Notes: generated from the letters alone by a model not told the origin. A stretch of 63,396 bases of DNA from Polymyxa betae A26-41 (GCA_003693705.1 RBZT01000122.1:1-63396); one strand, 5' to 3'. Positions 1-13,659 are shown, counted from the stretch's first letter. Numbers and translations: made by a program.

Positions 1-1279
1 TTATTAAAAATTACATAAAACTTCTGATTTTCCCAAAAATAGCGTACGCAGTTTGATGGAACTGCGTCCGCAATAAGACTCGAAGACTGACGCATAAATC
101 TGATGCGTACTAAAGATGCGAACATTGATGAAGTATGAAGACCTACTCTAATAATATTGGGCTCGACTCCCAGAGGTCCGTACGGACACCGTACGGACTG
201 AGCTGAATGAAGCTGGGACTCGAGCTGGAAATAAAACAGAATTGATTACGATCTGACCGAAGTGCTGCCCGATTTTGTAGTAACCTGAAATCGCGATCTG
301 AAGAATCCGCTCTAGGACAAGCAAATGATAGAAGGTATGATTTATTTTTAGATGCGAAAAAGATACGTTCTTTACGGACAGCTCTATTATGGGGTGTTAA
401 ATCTTGGTTCCTTGCAAGATGCGGAATGTATCGGATTTGAGGTCCCAGAACTTCAGTACGCAAAAAAAATTATGCACAATCCGATTTAAGAATTGCGTAA
501 CTACATCCCTATGAATATGCTTCGGCAGTTTGATGAAGTATGGGGCTACCCTAATGAGCTGGGCCGTGGAGTCCGTACGGACTCCGGAAGCCACTCTTGA
601 GATGATGGAGCTCTCCCTGGTCCTGGAATTATAAGCAGACCCAATTTTGATCATTGAAGTGTACTCGTTTCGAATAGATCTACGCGATACCGAGGAATCG
701 CTACAGAACTTACGCAAAATCGGAGTGCCCCATCGCTGGAACATAACAAGAAACGACGACCTGATGCACCCCTCGATGACGCGAGCAGTTGCAAGAAGGG
801 TTCGAACATGCCCGACCAACCTAGCACTCGGTTTCGACCGCTCGACGAGCTAGATTACAGTCAAAGATATTCGAATCCAAGTTCAGATTTGCTGATACCA
901 TCGAGGCTCAGTGCCTGATCTGCGGCCATGTGTTTAGACATAGAAGGTGTTAGGATCGAGTAAAAGTCCCCTTTTATTGGTTAGATAAGCGGTGCGATGG
1001 GGGACCGGTGTCCTCCTCGGAGGCGGAGCGGCGGGGCACGGAGTGGAGCGGAGAGAGGGTCGGAGTGGAGCGGTGAGGGGATCGTAGTGGAGCGTAGGAA
1101 GGACGTACGGAGCGGTGCCGGTGAGACGGAGGAGGAGCGGAGACGAAGGTGAGGCGAGGCGAGAGAACGAAGCAATAGAGAGTCGGAGACGAGATGAGAA
1201 ACGCATTCACAGTAGGGAGACGAGGGGACCCGCGCAGTCCGTGACAGTTCGGGCTCTTCCCCTATAGGAATCGTCAGCA
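1..1279 (-). mobile_element. LTR retrotransposon remnant (putative 5' LTR from about 901 into the N gap, tRNA-iMet PBS, degenerate internal region)
   Basis: Minus strand 900-891 reads TGGTATCAGC, close to the canonical iMet PBS TGGTATCAGAGC. Purine-rich GGAGCGG low-complexity tract at 1020-1200. Duplicated motifs TTGATGAAGTATG (126, 530) and palindromic GTCCGTACGGAC (176, 570). No intact gag/pol seen. Confidence 0.5.
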
Positions 1280-2511
1280 NNNNNNNNNNNNNNNNNATGC
1301 TCAATGGGCATGACAGAAGGTAATCTAAATGTAATTTTTTTTTATGGCGGCAATAGCACAAAATGTCATTCGTAATTTTAGTGCTGGTGCGAGGCATGTA
1401 ATCAATCAACATCTTGGAACAAGAGATCGGCCAGTCGGTCGCGGTAGGCAGAGCAAGAACAAATTCATTCAGTGGGGCATGTTACGGTGCGATTTCCGCA
1501 ACCCGACTATGCACTCGGGTGCTTCTGCAGAAGATCAAATAGCAATTTCGGCTTGGGAACAAACTATGATTACAGCCATTAAGCTTATTAATGATCGCGA
1601 AATGGACATCAGTGTGTTCAAGAATCCTAAATCTTCCTGAAGAGAGAAACTCGCTGTGATGGGCAGATCCATGCTAATATTGTCTCGGTTGCAGCAAGAA
1701 GACGATCCGTTAAACACTCTGGCTACATCACCCACCGGTCCTTCAACTGCCACTGATGTCGGCACAAATGCTAATGTTCATCAGCCGCCGTGTCGTACGA
1801 TGTGGGTGCGCAGGAATCATCAAATACAGCTAACATTAATTATTTCGTACCCCATGATTATTTTCCGAAATTGCTGTCAGTTGGAGAACTTGAAAAGCAA
1901 CGCGTCAGAGTTTGGATGCGGTGGCCATTAATCATGGTTTGACATTTAATTTAAGAAAGCTGGAAAGACGAAACCATTCGGAAGATCTATGAAAAACATC
2001 AAAAATCCCAGTTTGCTCGACCCTAAACCCTAGGCTCCAAGGACACGCAGGAAGCGCCAACCCGATATGACGACCAATGGCCATGAACCTAAAGGTGCTG
2101 TTCGCCAATAAACAGCATCTAGTTTGCTGCAGCGATGATTTGCCATTGGATCCCGGGTTAGAATCTCGACATAGTTAGCGTTGCCGTTGTCTTTTTATAA
2201 ATCGAGGTTATAGCGATCTATACTTATTATCTTACGTGTGATCAGCATCTATGGATATTCATGAAAGATGAATTTGCTGCGAAATCTCGCTAAAACCGAG
2301 TAACGCTGATGGTGCCTGAACTGTTGGGCTAGGAAATATTGTAATCAGAAAATGTCACTCGGCAAGAATGGAGAAAAACGATCACGTAAATTGCTTATCG
2401 GTGTTAATTAGGAGCTTAAGCGTACGTTTGCTTGGATAAGGCATTGTTTAAATAGCAGATCTTTTCACATGCCTGATCCCGATCTGTTCGATCTGAACAG
2501 ATCTGGGAACG

Positions 2512-3155
2512 TAGGGTTGGAGGAAAATGAATTTGACCCGAGTCGGACCGAGTCGGACCCGGGTCAGGTGAGTCGGAGTCGGGTTGGGGTCGAGTTGTTC
2601 GACCCGACCCGACTGAGTCGGGTATTTCATTGACTGGGTCAAACCCGGTTGGACCCGATCTTACTGATTTTGCTGAATTATCCGGTCTCTTCGGGAGTTC
2701 AAAGATAATCCATCCTAACTGATCTCGAAATGCTACTTTTGCTTTATTATCGATTGGGTTGGCATATCACGACCGTTTACACTGAGAAAAGATATAAAAA
2801 GACTGGTGGAGAACCTATGTCAATACTTTACGCAGTATATTGGTGATTTGACCGTAAGTCTCTGGACCGATGAACATCAATGATGTCCGATGAATTAGAA
2901 TCCCTCCGACATCCGAGCTATCCTCCGACTTTGGCTCTATAAAAGGGCTTGTAATCTATCGAATACATTCATTCTATAATTCAGTTTGCAATCACTGCTA
3001 CCTGTTCTAATCGGAAGACTCCACAAGTTCACTTATGACCTGCACAATGCGTTGAAAGTTTATTAGATTTTTTTCCAGTCAACCCGGGTCAAACCCAGGT
3101 TGGAAGCAGCGGGTCCAACCTGGGTTGTAACCCGACCCGACCCCTTACCATCCTA
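2512..3155. mobile_element. Non-autonomous hAT-like DNA transposon (MITE)
   Basis: Imperfect TIRs TAGGGTTGG / CCATCCTA, dense subterminal ACCCG/CGGGT motifs at both ends, and a near-perfect 8-bp TSD: CTGGGAA(C)G left, CTGGGAAG right. Confidence 0.75.
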
Positions 3156-3513
3156 CTGGGAAGATGTTGCCTCCCCAGTTCTTTCATTTATGGATCAGCC
3201 TGATCCTATTTCCATATCACAACAGAGCAGATTTGACCAGACCTGCATGAGTATGGTTCAGATCTGGTAATTCCATCTAGGCAGAAACCAGATCTGGTAT
3301 GATCTGCTGGTCAAATACTGTCAACGCCATTTTTGTGAAAGATGTGTCACACCACCACAGACAGATCTTTCAAATCGTCACCACCTCGGGGCCCATCTTG
3401 AGTCTCGGTGCTTTTACAAGTATCCAAATCAATATTATGAGCTTCTTGGTAGCGGATTCCAAGCACTTCTGTTTCTATTTAATTTTTATATGACTTCAAT
3501 AAAAATAAAATGG

Positions 3514-4070
3514 TCAACAGATTTTAATCGGATAATAGAGATGATAGCTCTTAATCAGAAGAATAGGTTCTGGTAATATTGTCGGAAAACGACATTGATG
3601 TAGGGGTTGATGTAATTGCTCTCCGATAGTAAATTCGTAATCTCGTACAGGACATAAACATGTTGATAACAGAACGCGTTCTTGAACATTAGAGATTCTT
3701 TTTTGTACCCAGACAATATAATTGTAATTTTCATATCGCTTAGGGATAATATTACGCCATCGACATTCTTAATATAGAAAGAGGAAACTTGATATTGGAC
3801 AATGTTCAAGCATAATATGTTCATGAGCTTGCTGTAACGTTAAGAAAATGTTACAAAACCATGAACATGTATAGCCAGTATAGGCGACATGTCCATTTGG
3901 TTGGTTGCGCACGGCAATCAAATAATCGGAGAAATATGTAACAGGTTGCACCCATTCATAATTTGTTTCAGGTGTTAGAGGAAATCGTAGAGTGACACTC
4001 TGATGATCATGCTCAATATGAGTAATGCCAATTGCAGATCATCAGATGGACCATGTTCAAGAAAACAGAG
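3514..4070 (-). pseudogene. Decayed multi-zinc-finger (C2H2/C2HC-like) ORF
   Basis: One frame gives YTCSWFCNIFLTLQQAHEHIMLEH, then an in-frame TAA (3769-3771), then the degenerate finger CPVRDYEFTIGEQLHQPLHQC. A third finger (CFLEH...LLHIEHDH) needs a frameshift near 4021. Confidence 0.45.
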
Positions 4071-5663
4071 TTGGGGAGAAGAACAGTAGAAAAATTGCCT
4101 AGGTTTCCAATTGGCATCGTGCTTATCACCTATTGGATTTTAGTTTTTTTTGGAGAATGTACATCTTTAAATATTTCTTACCGAGTCTAGGAATGAATCG
4201 ATGAATATTCATATTCGTTTATGTACCAATCGCTTCTGCGTAGCTTGTTGCTCTGGACGAACTGGATGATGGCCAAGATCTAACATTTCAGCAATCTGTC
4301 GACCAAATGCTGGTGATAAGAGCAAATTAAGGCAGCCAAATGGGCAGTCTCCACCTGCTGTGGTTTCATCCTAACTTTAATATCAGAAACAGCAGCGCAT
4401 TCATCACTTATAGCAGAGTTCATTTCGGTATCCATGGTGGTATCCATTAGACTTTCCAGTTTCACACCGAGTTTGTATGACTGGTTGTCTCATAGAGAGG
4501 CCGCTGTCACAATCAAACAGAGTTTGCACAGAACTCAGGGTAGCGGCACAGACTTGAAGGTAATTTACGGAACTAGACCTTTCCGTAAATTGCCTTCCGT
4601 TGAGTTTGGGCGATGACTGAGTGACCGGCAGGAAACTCAAACTCAAAACAGAAAAACGCGCCCCGAGTTGTCTCTATTGAGACTGGAATTCAATACCCGT
4701 AACTTGTAGACGTATTTTAAAAATGATTGAGCCAAAATGTCAGTGCTGACATTTGATGTCCTGATTAATGTCAAATGTCGGTTTAAAGAAGACTATTTGG
4801 ATAGTGTATGGCAGCCACGAAGCTGTAGCGGCAGGGGTTTTACTTCCTTACTTCGCTCCAGCCTGGGCGTTGACTAACATGCATGCCTCATGATGCGATT
4901 GATGTCTGAGTTGTCAACGAAGAGCTCTTGAAAACAAGTTTGAATAATGAATTCATTGTGTCAGATAAATTATTATCTACAGCATAGCTATACATCTGCC
5001 AATGAGATGATATTCGTATTCCTTTGATAGCGAATCGCGCAGGCCCATGCACGAGCAATCAACAGAAGAAAGCGAAAAAGTATGAACGAAAACAAAATTA
5101 TCATTCTTCAAGAGCGACTGGTCTGTCGGAATGATCACAGATTAGTGATGAGTCTTTGATCTGTCTGGGAAAACGGGATATCTGATACCTGACCTCGCTT
5201 CAGGCGATTAAATATTATGAAGTTCCGGAAACGATTATCTCTAGGCTCTCGTCTTGCTATTCGTTTGACTGGGCCGTTACAACCTTCAAGTCCATCTTAT
5301 TATCTTGATCCATCACAAGTTAAGAAGATGTTCGTCTTGCTTTTTCGCCCAGCTCAGCGAAGACTGCGTTCCCGTCAAGCAGATATGATGAGAATAAGTC
5401 ACGGCACGATGATTCACAAAAAGCCGAGGAGACGAAGATCATTGAAGCGGAAAGCTTTACAACAGTTTGGATCTACTGGCACAATGATAGAGCGAAAAAT
5501 TCGCCAAACAAAATGGAGAAGCATCCCTAAAAGATCACGCAAGCAAACTAAGCAACTGAAATGATGAAATTATTACTTGGTTATCTCAAAGCGGGGGCCT
5601 TAACCTTGTAACAATAATTGGACAATGAGCGCTTCATTTACAATGTCAAAATTAATAATGGTT

Positions 5664-7814
5664 TCATGCAATGATCGATGCTGAAGCAGGACGCATGATG
5701 CAGTGTGCCCCTCTATGATAGCATCTCTCACCATCGATATCGAGTATGGAGTTTTCACTAATGGGTTCAATAAACAGCTCTGTGCAAGTTACATATAACA
5801 CGCCTCGACTGTAATATGTGATTAGAGAATATTAGAAGTAGGATAATGTAATTACCGCCTGATATGGTGTCCTTTATCGACATCGCATGCCAGCATGGAA
5901 AGCATTGAGCATCTTGATTTGCCTTGAGAAAGACAAATATGGATCTTGCCATCATCGATCTTATATTTCCATTGAATTTGAAAACAGAGAAACTAAACAT
6001 ATCGTTACCTTTGCAGATGGGGCGATTTGCGTGTCAGGAGAGATAAAGGGAATGTTCGCAGCAACAAAGAAATCAAGATGGCCACTGATACGTTGGAAAT
6101 CTTCAGATTCTGAATTTCGATATCGAATTTCACAGAGATATTTCTTCTTAAGCAGCACTCGAATCACGGCCATTACTGTGAATCTAATCCAAAACGTTTA
6201 GTTGATTCAAACAATGCCCATGTGCTGGTCGAATAAACCTGAGTGAGCCAAGGCATCGCAGAGGTTCACTATCAAAATCAACATCTGACAGTAACTTCAA
6301 ACATCAGTCAGTATGATGAATAACAGCAGAATACGATACTCACACCCCAAGCGACGGATACCATAGCAAATATTGAACCCGCATTAGGCTGAGCAATTCC
6401 TGAATCAAAGCTTTAATTTTTTATGAATATGAAAAGAAAGAGAGGGACTACCTGTCGGTAATACTTCCATTAAATCTGCAGGCATGTAGCATCCTGTTAG
6501 GAACTTTCTCATGACCTCCAATGGGCCAGAAGCCGGCCCAGATTGGCTACATACAACTGCATTGCCAGATCCAGCGGGGACTGCGACGATTGGGAATCGC
6601 TGAAAAACCCCTGATTGTTCATCTTCTTGCCTCTGGGATAATCCTTGAATCACCTCTGAAAGAAGCACGTCAATAACATATCAAGAGCTGAACGAATCTG
6701 CAATCACCATGAAGAATCCCATCACCAGACACACAAATAATAGTGTCAAATCGCGAGGCATTGAACGTCAATGCAATGTCGGTAGCCTCACCCAAGTCTG
6801 TAGTCTCTAAAGTCTAAAGTCAATGAATACACGACGCATAAAAAGAAGACAAGTACAATTCATTTTGTAAAGAGTTTGGAAATTGAAATGCACTTTACCA
6901 TGCAGTTCATATCTGAATCCAGCCGTATCCAGAATGGGAGCTACAGTTGCTTCGAAAATTTTCATCGCATGCCCTTTGCCGCTGATAGGATTTACTAAAA
7001 CGAGAGCACATCGAGCATGACTTGCTATGCGATATTGCAGTGGCACAGCAAATTTGGAAAAATCAGATAGCAACGGCTCGGCGTTCTTATCCAGTTGTTT
7101 AGCGAGAGTAAAGTCGCCGCACATAGCTGCTACATGGGAAGGCAGCAATCCATACTAATTAATAATTAGTTCGCACAAACCATGAGAGAAAATAGAAGAC
7201 AGCGAAAATATCAAATAAAAGAAACACACCTACGCGATCCCGTAAGTGAGCAGAGCAGCAGCTGGCCACAAGGTTTACACACTTGCCAGAGCCAGCGGCA
7301 TAATGCAGCAATGTTCCATCAGCAGCATCCCGCCAGGTAGCAATTCTATTTCTGAAGTGTTTCAAAACCGATTCGTTGTTGTCATGGACATAACGCCCGA
7401 GATTATAAACATCCAAAAATTGTTCGGTAGACTCAGGAGCGGATTTCAAAGCAGCATTCAGATATCTTGCAATATCGATAGCTCTCTGAGCCGATTTCAC
7501 ACCAGATTTGGATAACCGCGGCAAAGTCTAAACGATATCGACTCAAAGAAGAATACTTCTTCGTCAGTAAGTGGGTTTACAGGTAATTCCGAACGAATTT
7601 CTTTATCCAGTTCCAAGAAGTCGCTGGGGTCGTTATAGATCATAATCCACTGAGTCTGCGAGACGCTAATACTCACAGCCTACATCGCACATGAACTGGC
7701 AGGCCTGAATTCTGTCATCAATAGCACCTGAACCCACTGCGTCTTGGCCGACTGCACCTGCCAGCGATGGCCGGCGTCCAATCGAACATCAAGCTGCGAT
7801 GCAGGCGACAACAT
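5664..7814 (-). CDS. Sphingosine kinase/DAGK-family lipid kinase with N-terminal PX-like domain and ankyrin repeat (multi-exon)
   Basis: Kinase motifs VNPISGKG, VSGDGILH(E)VIQGL, VPAGSGNA and C-terminal DIDGE. Ankyrin-like DGTLLHYAAGSG. PX-like LPRLSK...RAIDIARYLNAALK...QFLD. Confidence 0.8.
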
Positions 7815-8090
7815 GACGCCTCACCGCTGCTAGACTTATGGGTTATGACAAGATGAGACGAGAGGAGCGCGGCCATCCTTTTAGACGATGGGGCCGCTCT
7901 CAACGACGTCATCAGGGGCGCTCACGTCATCACATCTTAATAATGACACAAGCTTAGGGTTTGCTCAGTCAGAATGGCATTCGGATGACTGCTGCTGGAG
8001 GATAAGAACGTTCTTATCAGAGTGGGAGCTGGATGGGGCCATGGGCTCTGCCTGAAGAGGAAGATGGGCGCACCCCATTCTTGTTTCAGC

Positions 8091-10478
8091 TTAATCGAGG
8101 TCGTCATCGTCGTCGTCGTCATCGTCAGGATGGCCTGCCGCTTTGTAGCTAGCGCCGTCCTTCTTGGATGTAGGTTTCGAGCTTTTCGGGTCGTTCACGA
8201 CCTGGGTGCCGCCTCGCTTAGCCTATATAATTATCAGTGACAAGTATGAATGTTGAGGGACACCTTACCATTGTACGCCGCTTAATCATGGGGCGAACAT
8301 TCTTTGTTTTCATGAAGCTCAGCAGCTGGCGAGGGATTTCGGATAAGACTTCAGCTGATAACCGGTTAATATCGGAATCACGGTACATATTCATTGGAAC
8401 GAATTGGACAATATCACGCTTTGATGAAGTTAGCATTGCATGGCATAATGTTACTACATACAATGGCAGCAAGCTTCTTGGACCCCAGCTCCCCAGAATC
8501 TGCATCTAGAACCGTCATATCGTCGAAATTTGTTTCCCCAATTCCGATAATGATAATGGAGATGGGTTTCGTCGACAGTTTTACGACCCGGTGAATTGTG
8601 GTCTATCAGTCGTTTAACCAGGCATCTACACAGAATCGAGAGTTTACCTTCATATCGTTGACGACGCCATCGGTTAGTATTAATAAGACCGAGTAATGCT
8701 GAGTGCCCTGTGTAAATGGCAGCGAAGCGATTTCGTCAGCGGCAGCCAGAATCTCAGCAAGCAGAGTTGGACCACTTAAATCGATCTTGGAAAAACACTT
8801 CCGGTATGCTTCGAGCATTCCGCTCACTCCTGTTTGCAGTTACTATCAAAAATCAGAGAAAGTGTTCCGAATGCGAAAACCTTTGACTTCATCGGATTCA
8901 CCGTTGAAGGTTAACGAAAAGCGATGCGAGATCTTTCCTGTTTCAACCAACTTTGCTCCGAATCCCCATATCGAAATCATCTGATCTGAATCATAGGGCA
9001 CCATAATCGAACCTGCAGTCATCTGTCAGGTCGCCACAGCTTTGTGCAGTATCAAACCTATCGCATCGATCGCTTTTTCATATTTGTTCATTGTTTTTCT
9101 GGTCGGGTCGATGTAATGATTCGATTTAGGGTCGTTTGGTTCGCTGCTGGTCGTTAAAGCAACTATACTGATGCCGATGAGTTCTTACCCATTCGAAGCT
9201 GTAAAATCGATGGCAACCATGAGCTTCAGGTTCAGACCGCCTTGGATGAAATCCAAAAATGAAGCTTCTTCTTGAACCTCGACTCGGTTGAACAGCAGCA
9301 CCCCTGAATTCTTATATCGCTTCCCACGAGCCGCTGCGATCTCAGGGTGTATCAATGGCAGCATCATGCCGCGCAGGTTCAGTTTTGTCTTGCTCTGCGT
9401 CAGAGCCTTCCGAGCCTGTTCATGGGCCTCGACCATCTTCAAAATCTGTGACATTTCTTACTACTAGCAGAAGATATTCTTGATAACGGTTACCTGTTTG
9501 AAGTTGGTTCGTCCTTGCCCTATTAATACTGGGGCACCTATGGATGCCTTGTGCCAGACTTTGAACATCAGCTCAGTTTTATTATCGCTATTGCAAAGAT
9601 TCTGCCGTCGAATGGAGAACGTTTTAAACCTGTTGCAATCAATATGCAGAATTTCGAACAAAATAAAGACACCCGACCTCGGATTCAAGGTGTGATAGGC
9701 GGTATCGCTGGTATAAACCTTTTGATAGGCTATCAAACCATCATCGCCAGCTTCTCGCTTCTTTAAGATTTCGAAATATGGACTCGACGTTCTCCAGCAG
9801 CAAAAAGATCCTTTGGCATCCATATCATAGCCTGTTATCTTCGATCATAAGACCGAAAAGCTCAGAAAAGTAAGATTCAGATACCGTCATCTTGGCGATT
9901 TCATTCACTCCACTAACTTCTTCACATCGGGCGACGACTTGGGCAAACTGGACACCGGTGAAGTTCTTGATTTCCTGGTCGAGGCGATTACGAAGGTTGG
10001 TGACCTTATAGGAGCCTTTCGCACCGACAATGTCCCCAACAGTGAATTCCCCTAAACGGCGGCGATGAATGGGTCTGATCTTGAGCAGATCTATTTAGCG
10101 TGCCTACCAGCACCGATAAAATGTTTACTATCAGTCGTGTATTGCTGCCGATCGTCACCAGCCTGGAACACACGAGCGATCAATTTCTGGTTCTCTTCGA
10201 AAAAGTATTCAACCGTGAATGCTGTAAGGTGATATTCATTGACAAATTTTTAACGATTGCTTTGGGAATCTCATACTCGTTTCGAAATCAGGGTTTTGCG
10301 AGTTTCGAGCGACTTCAGTCGTGCCCAGCACAACTTCGCTAGAACTGCGAACGTCTTTCAGGAATAAGAATATCTTAGAATCAGTCCGGCTGAATACGTC
10401 GAGCTTGGGAAGATTACGACAGCCGAGAAAGATCTCGACCTTCGATGAAAGATGCTCATCGACCATATTCGACGGCAT
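8091..10478 (-). CDS. Copine (C2-C2-vWA), multi-exon
   Basis: CRNLPKLDVFSRTD, SFLDFIQGG...VAIDFTASNG, LSGPT, YSVLLILTDG, RDIVQFVP, EVLSEIPRQL; acidic C-terminal tail ending at TAA 8091. Confidence 0.93.
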
Positions 10479-10620
10479 GGTGGCTGTAACAGCCCGAGGG
10501 TCGATTACGACGACCGTTCTAAAACAAGATATAGGGAGATTTCTGTACTACCCGATCGACTCGCTGTTTGCATAGACAATTGTTGGGAATCATAAAATAA
10601 CATAGGTTTATGGAGTCAAC

Positions 10621-12124
10621 TTAAAACTTGGTCTTCTGGCCGGAAAAAGAACCGAAACCAGCGCCGCGTCCTCGAGGAGCGCCACCACGTCCTCGGGAAC
10701 CACCACGTCCACGTCCACCTCGGGCACCGCCACGTCCACCACGAGGGGGGCCACCGAAGCCGCCGCTGTTGCCGTTGCTTTCACCACGAGGAGCGGCGAA
10801 GTCAACCCTGACTTCACGGCCATTGATAGGCGTTCCGGATTTCTGGACAGCGGCGTCGACGGCTTCGGTCGAGGTAAATTCCAAGTAGCCGAATCCACGA
10901 GGCTGGCCGGTCTCTCTGGAAAACATTATCAGTGCATGCCGTAGCAGATTAGAACGATCATTACCGGTCAGTGCAGAGACGAACGGAGACGATCTCACCG
11001 CAGTCTTCGAAGACTTTCGAGATCGAGTACTCGTCGGCGTCGAAAGGCAGGTTGCCCAAGAAGACGGTCGTGCAGCCCTCAGGCTTTTCACCCTTCTTGC
11101 GCTGGTCCTTCTTGTCACCCTGCTTCTTGTTGGAGGCAGAGACCTTGACCCATCGGCCCTTGATTTCGGCGCCATCCTTGGCGCAAGCTTTCTCGACGGC
11201 GTCGGCCTCTTCGAAGTCGATGAAGGCGATTCCTCGGCTCTTGCCGGTGTCCTCGTAGACAGGCAGGCGAACGTTGACGATGGTACCGCACTCGCCGAAG
11301 ACTTCACGAATGTCCTCCTCGGTAGCGGCGTAGGCAAGGCCTCCGACGAAGACCGACTTGGATTCGGCGTCTTCGTTCAGCTTGGTCATCTTGGCAGGCG
11401 TGCTGTCGTTGGCGTCATCGTTAGAGCGCTTCTTGGAGGCGGGCTTCTCTTCAGCGGCTTCCATCTCCTCGTCTTCGTCGTCGGAAGAGGATTCGCTGGA
11501 GTCATCCTTCTCGTCATCACTGTCAGAGGAAGAGTCGTCATCGCTGGATTCGGCCTTGGCCTCAGGTTTTGCTTCGTCATCGGATGAAGAGTCGTCAGAA
11601 GAGTCATCAGATTCGTCTTTCTTGGCCGGGGCGGCGGCGACTTCAGCTTCATCGGAAGAGTCGTCTGACGACGATTCCTCCTTCTGGGCGGCGACTGGTT
11701 CAGGCTTGGCAGGCTCTTCTTCATCGGATTCGGATTCGGAGGAGCTGCTGTCGTCCGACGACGATTCGACGGGCTTAGCCTTCTGAGCCTTGACGTTCTT
11801 CTTGGTAGCCTTGGCCTTAGGCTGTTCTTCATCAGAAGAGGAATCATCTGAAGAGGATTCGACAGGCGCGGCCTTCTTCTCCTTCTTGGTCACCTTCTGC
11901 TGTTTCTTTTTGGGCGCGACCTCTTCCTCATCGGAAGACGACGAGTCGTCTTCGACAACGGGTTCAGGCTTCTTGGCGGCCTTCTTGGTCTTCTTGGGCT
12001 CGCCTTTGGAGGCCTTCTGAATCTGCTTCTTGGCGACGGCCTTCACTGGGGCATTGGAACCCTTGGCCTTCTTGACGGACGATTTCTTGTCCTTCTTGAT
12101 GGAAGCGATTTTTGTTGAACCCAT
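10621..12124 (-). CDS. NSR1: Nucleolin/NSR1/gar2-like nucleolar protein (Ser/acidic N-terminus, 2 RRM, RGG tail)
   Basis: K/S/D/E-rich N-terminus, RRMs (VFVGGL...RGIAFIDF; VFLGNL...RGFGYLEF), RGG repeats ending GQKTKF; one short intron near 10917-10964. Confidence 0.92.
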
Positions 12125-12679
12125 TGTGGCTTTTGGAGTCGAATCCGATTTGAACCCAGGACGCCATGGCGGCTGTGTCCTTCGACAATTCGAAAGCCCG
12201 CCACGCAGTCCGTGGCGGACCAAAATTTAATGTAATCCACCGGATTAATCGTCTGAGAGTCCGAGTTCGGTGACTTTGGCTCGGCCTCTGCCTGCCGAAT
12301 TAGCTGTGCTGGTGCATCAACGCGTCCGTCGAATGGAGAAGGCGATCGCCGATTGCGCACCAAACTGCTTTCGTTTGTACTGGCTTTCTGGCCATCAACT
12401 CATCTAACTTCAACTGTGCCTACAACCTTATAATACTGAGGACAAGGGGGAAGATATTCCATGAAGTTTAATGAGATTATGCATGGTTGGAATTTTTGCA
12501 TGCATTTTCCTTATTAGTAATAAAAGTGCGACTTAACGAAAGCATAAGAGAGGAGAACCTGCGTTACTTTGTAGAAAATCAACTTTGCCACTTTACTTGA
12601 CTTAGCAATTAAAAAGTTGCGTCAAGTTTTCAGGATTCACGTTTGTGAGGCGACATTTATCAAAATCGCCTTGTCGGAT

Positions 12680-13460
12680 ATGGATTCGGACGGTTTCATC
12701 GACTCGTCTCAGCCGGCGGATCCAGCCGCCAATGTCTCCATCGATTTGAACGCTTCGAATCCGGCTGCCGACGCTCTTGCCTCATTGAATGCTGTCCCAC
12801 CACACCCAAGTACGTTTAGCTCTTGTTGCATTCGTTCTGAATATAGGACAGCTCGTCTTAGTTTTCGTTCCATATTTGTTCTAATAGTGTTTTCAGAGGC
12901 ACAAATATGCAATGTGGCTTTCAAAGCAACCGCTTTGTTTTTGTATCTTTTCGGATCCCTCTTTGGGTTCTCGTTCGTCTTCAATTTTGTTCTCATAATC
13001 TTATGCTTGGCGTTCGATTTTTGGACGGTCAAAAACGTAACTGGGCGTCTCCTTGTGGTAAAAACCAGCTTTCATCTACTCTATGTTTTCTTATGTCATC
13101 GCTTTAGGGGCTTCGCTGGTGGCATGAAGTGCAGGCACGTTTACAAAGTCTTCTCTAATTTTATTTAATATGTTTTTCTCGCAGGAAGACGGCTCGGACA
13201 ACTGGATTTTTGAATCCAAGGCTGCATCAAGAAGTATTAACGCCCAGGATGCTCGCGTTTTCTGGTGGGCGCTCTATCTCTCGCCTGTTATCTGGGGTGT
13301 TTTCTTCTTTGTCAATATTCTATCGCCTACGGCATACCCATTTATGCCCGCTGTTGTTATGGGTGCCACTCTCTCCACCGCGAATTTGGTTGGATACTGG
13401 CGGTGTGATCGCGATGCCAAAAAGAAATTACAGTCATTCTTAGTGAATCGACTTGTATAA
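12680..13460 (+). CDS. TVP23: Golgi membrane protein TVP23/FAM18
   Basis: AFDFWTVKNVTGRLLV(G)LRWW, WIFES, FWWALY, ANLVGYWRC; multi-exon. Confidence 0.92.
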
Positions 13461-13659
13461 TCGGAAGGATAAACGCTATCGCTTATTTAATATTAGTTCA
13501 TGCAGCCTGAACATTTGTAAAACTCATATCTTGAAACTTCGTATTCTTCTCGCCTCGGCCTACCAGATATTTTCTGTCAGTCGGTAACATTTGGGAATTG
13601 CATATTGCTCTCAGGCTCAATGAATTCGATGCTCGGAATCAGAGAATGTGATAGTTGGT

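Noticed and set aside
1298-2200. ORFs 1344-1640 and 1656-1931 as genes
   Set aside because: No recognisable domain, interrupted frames and TE-rich context; unsupported.
4280-5564. Short ORFs including the basic 115-aa ORF at 5217
   Set aside because: No motifs or convincing splice structure; cannot be called.
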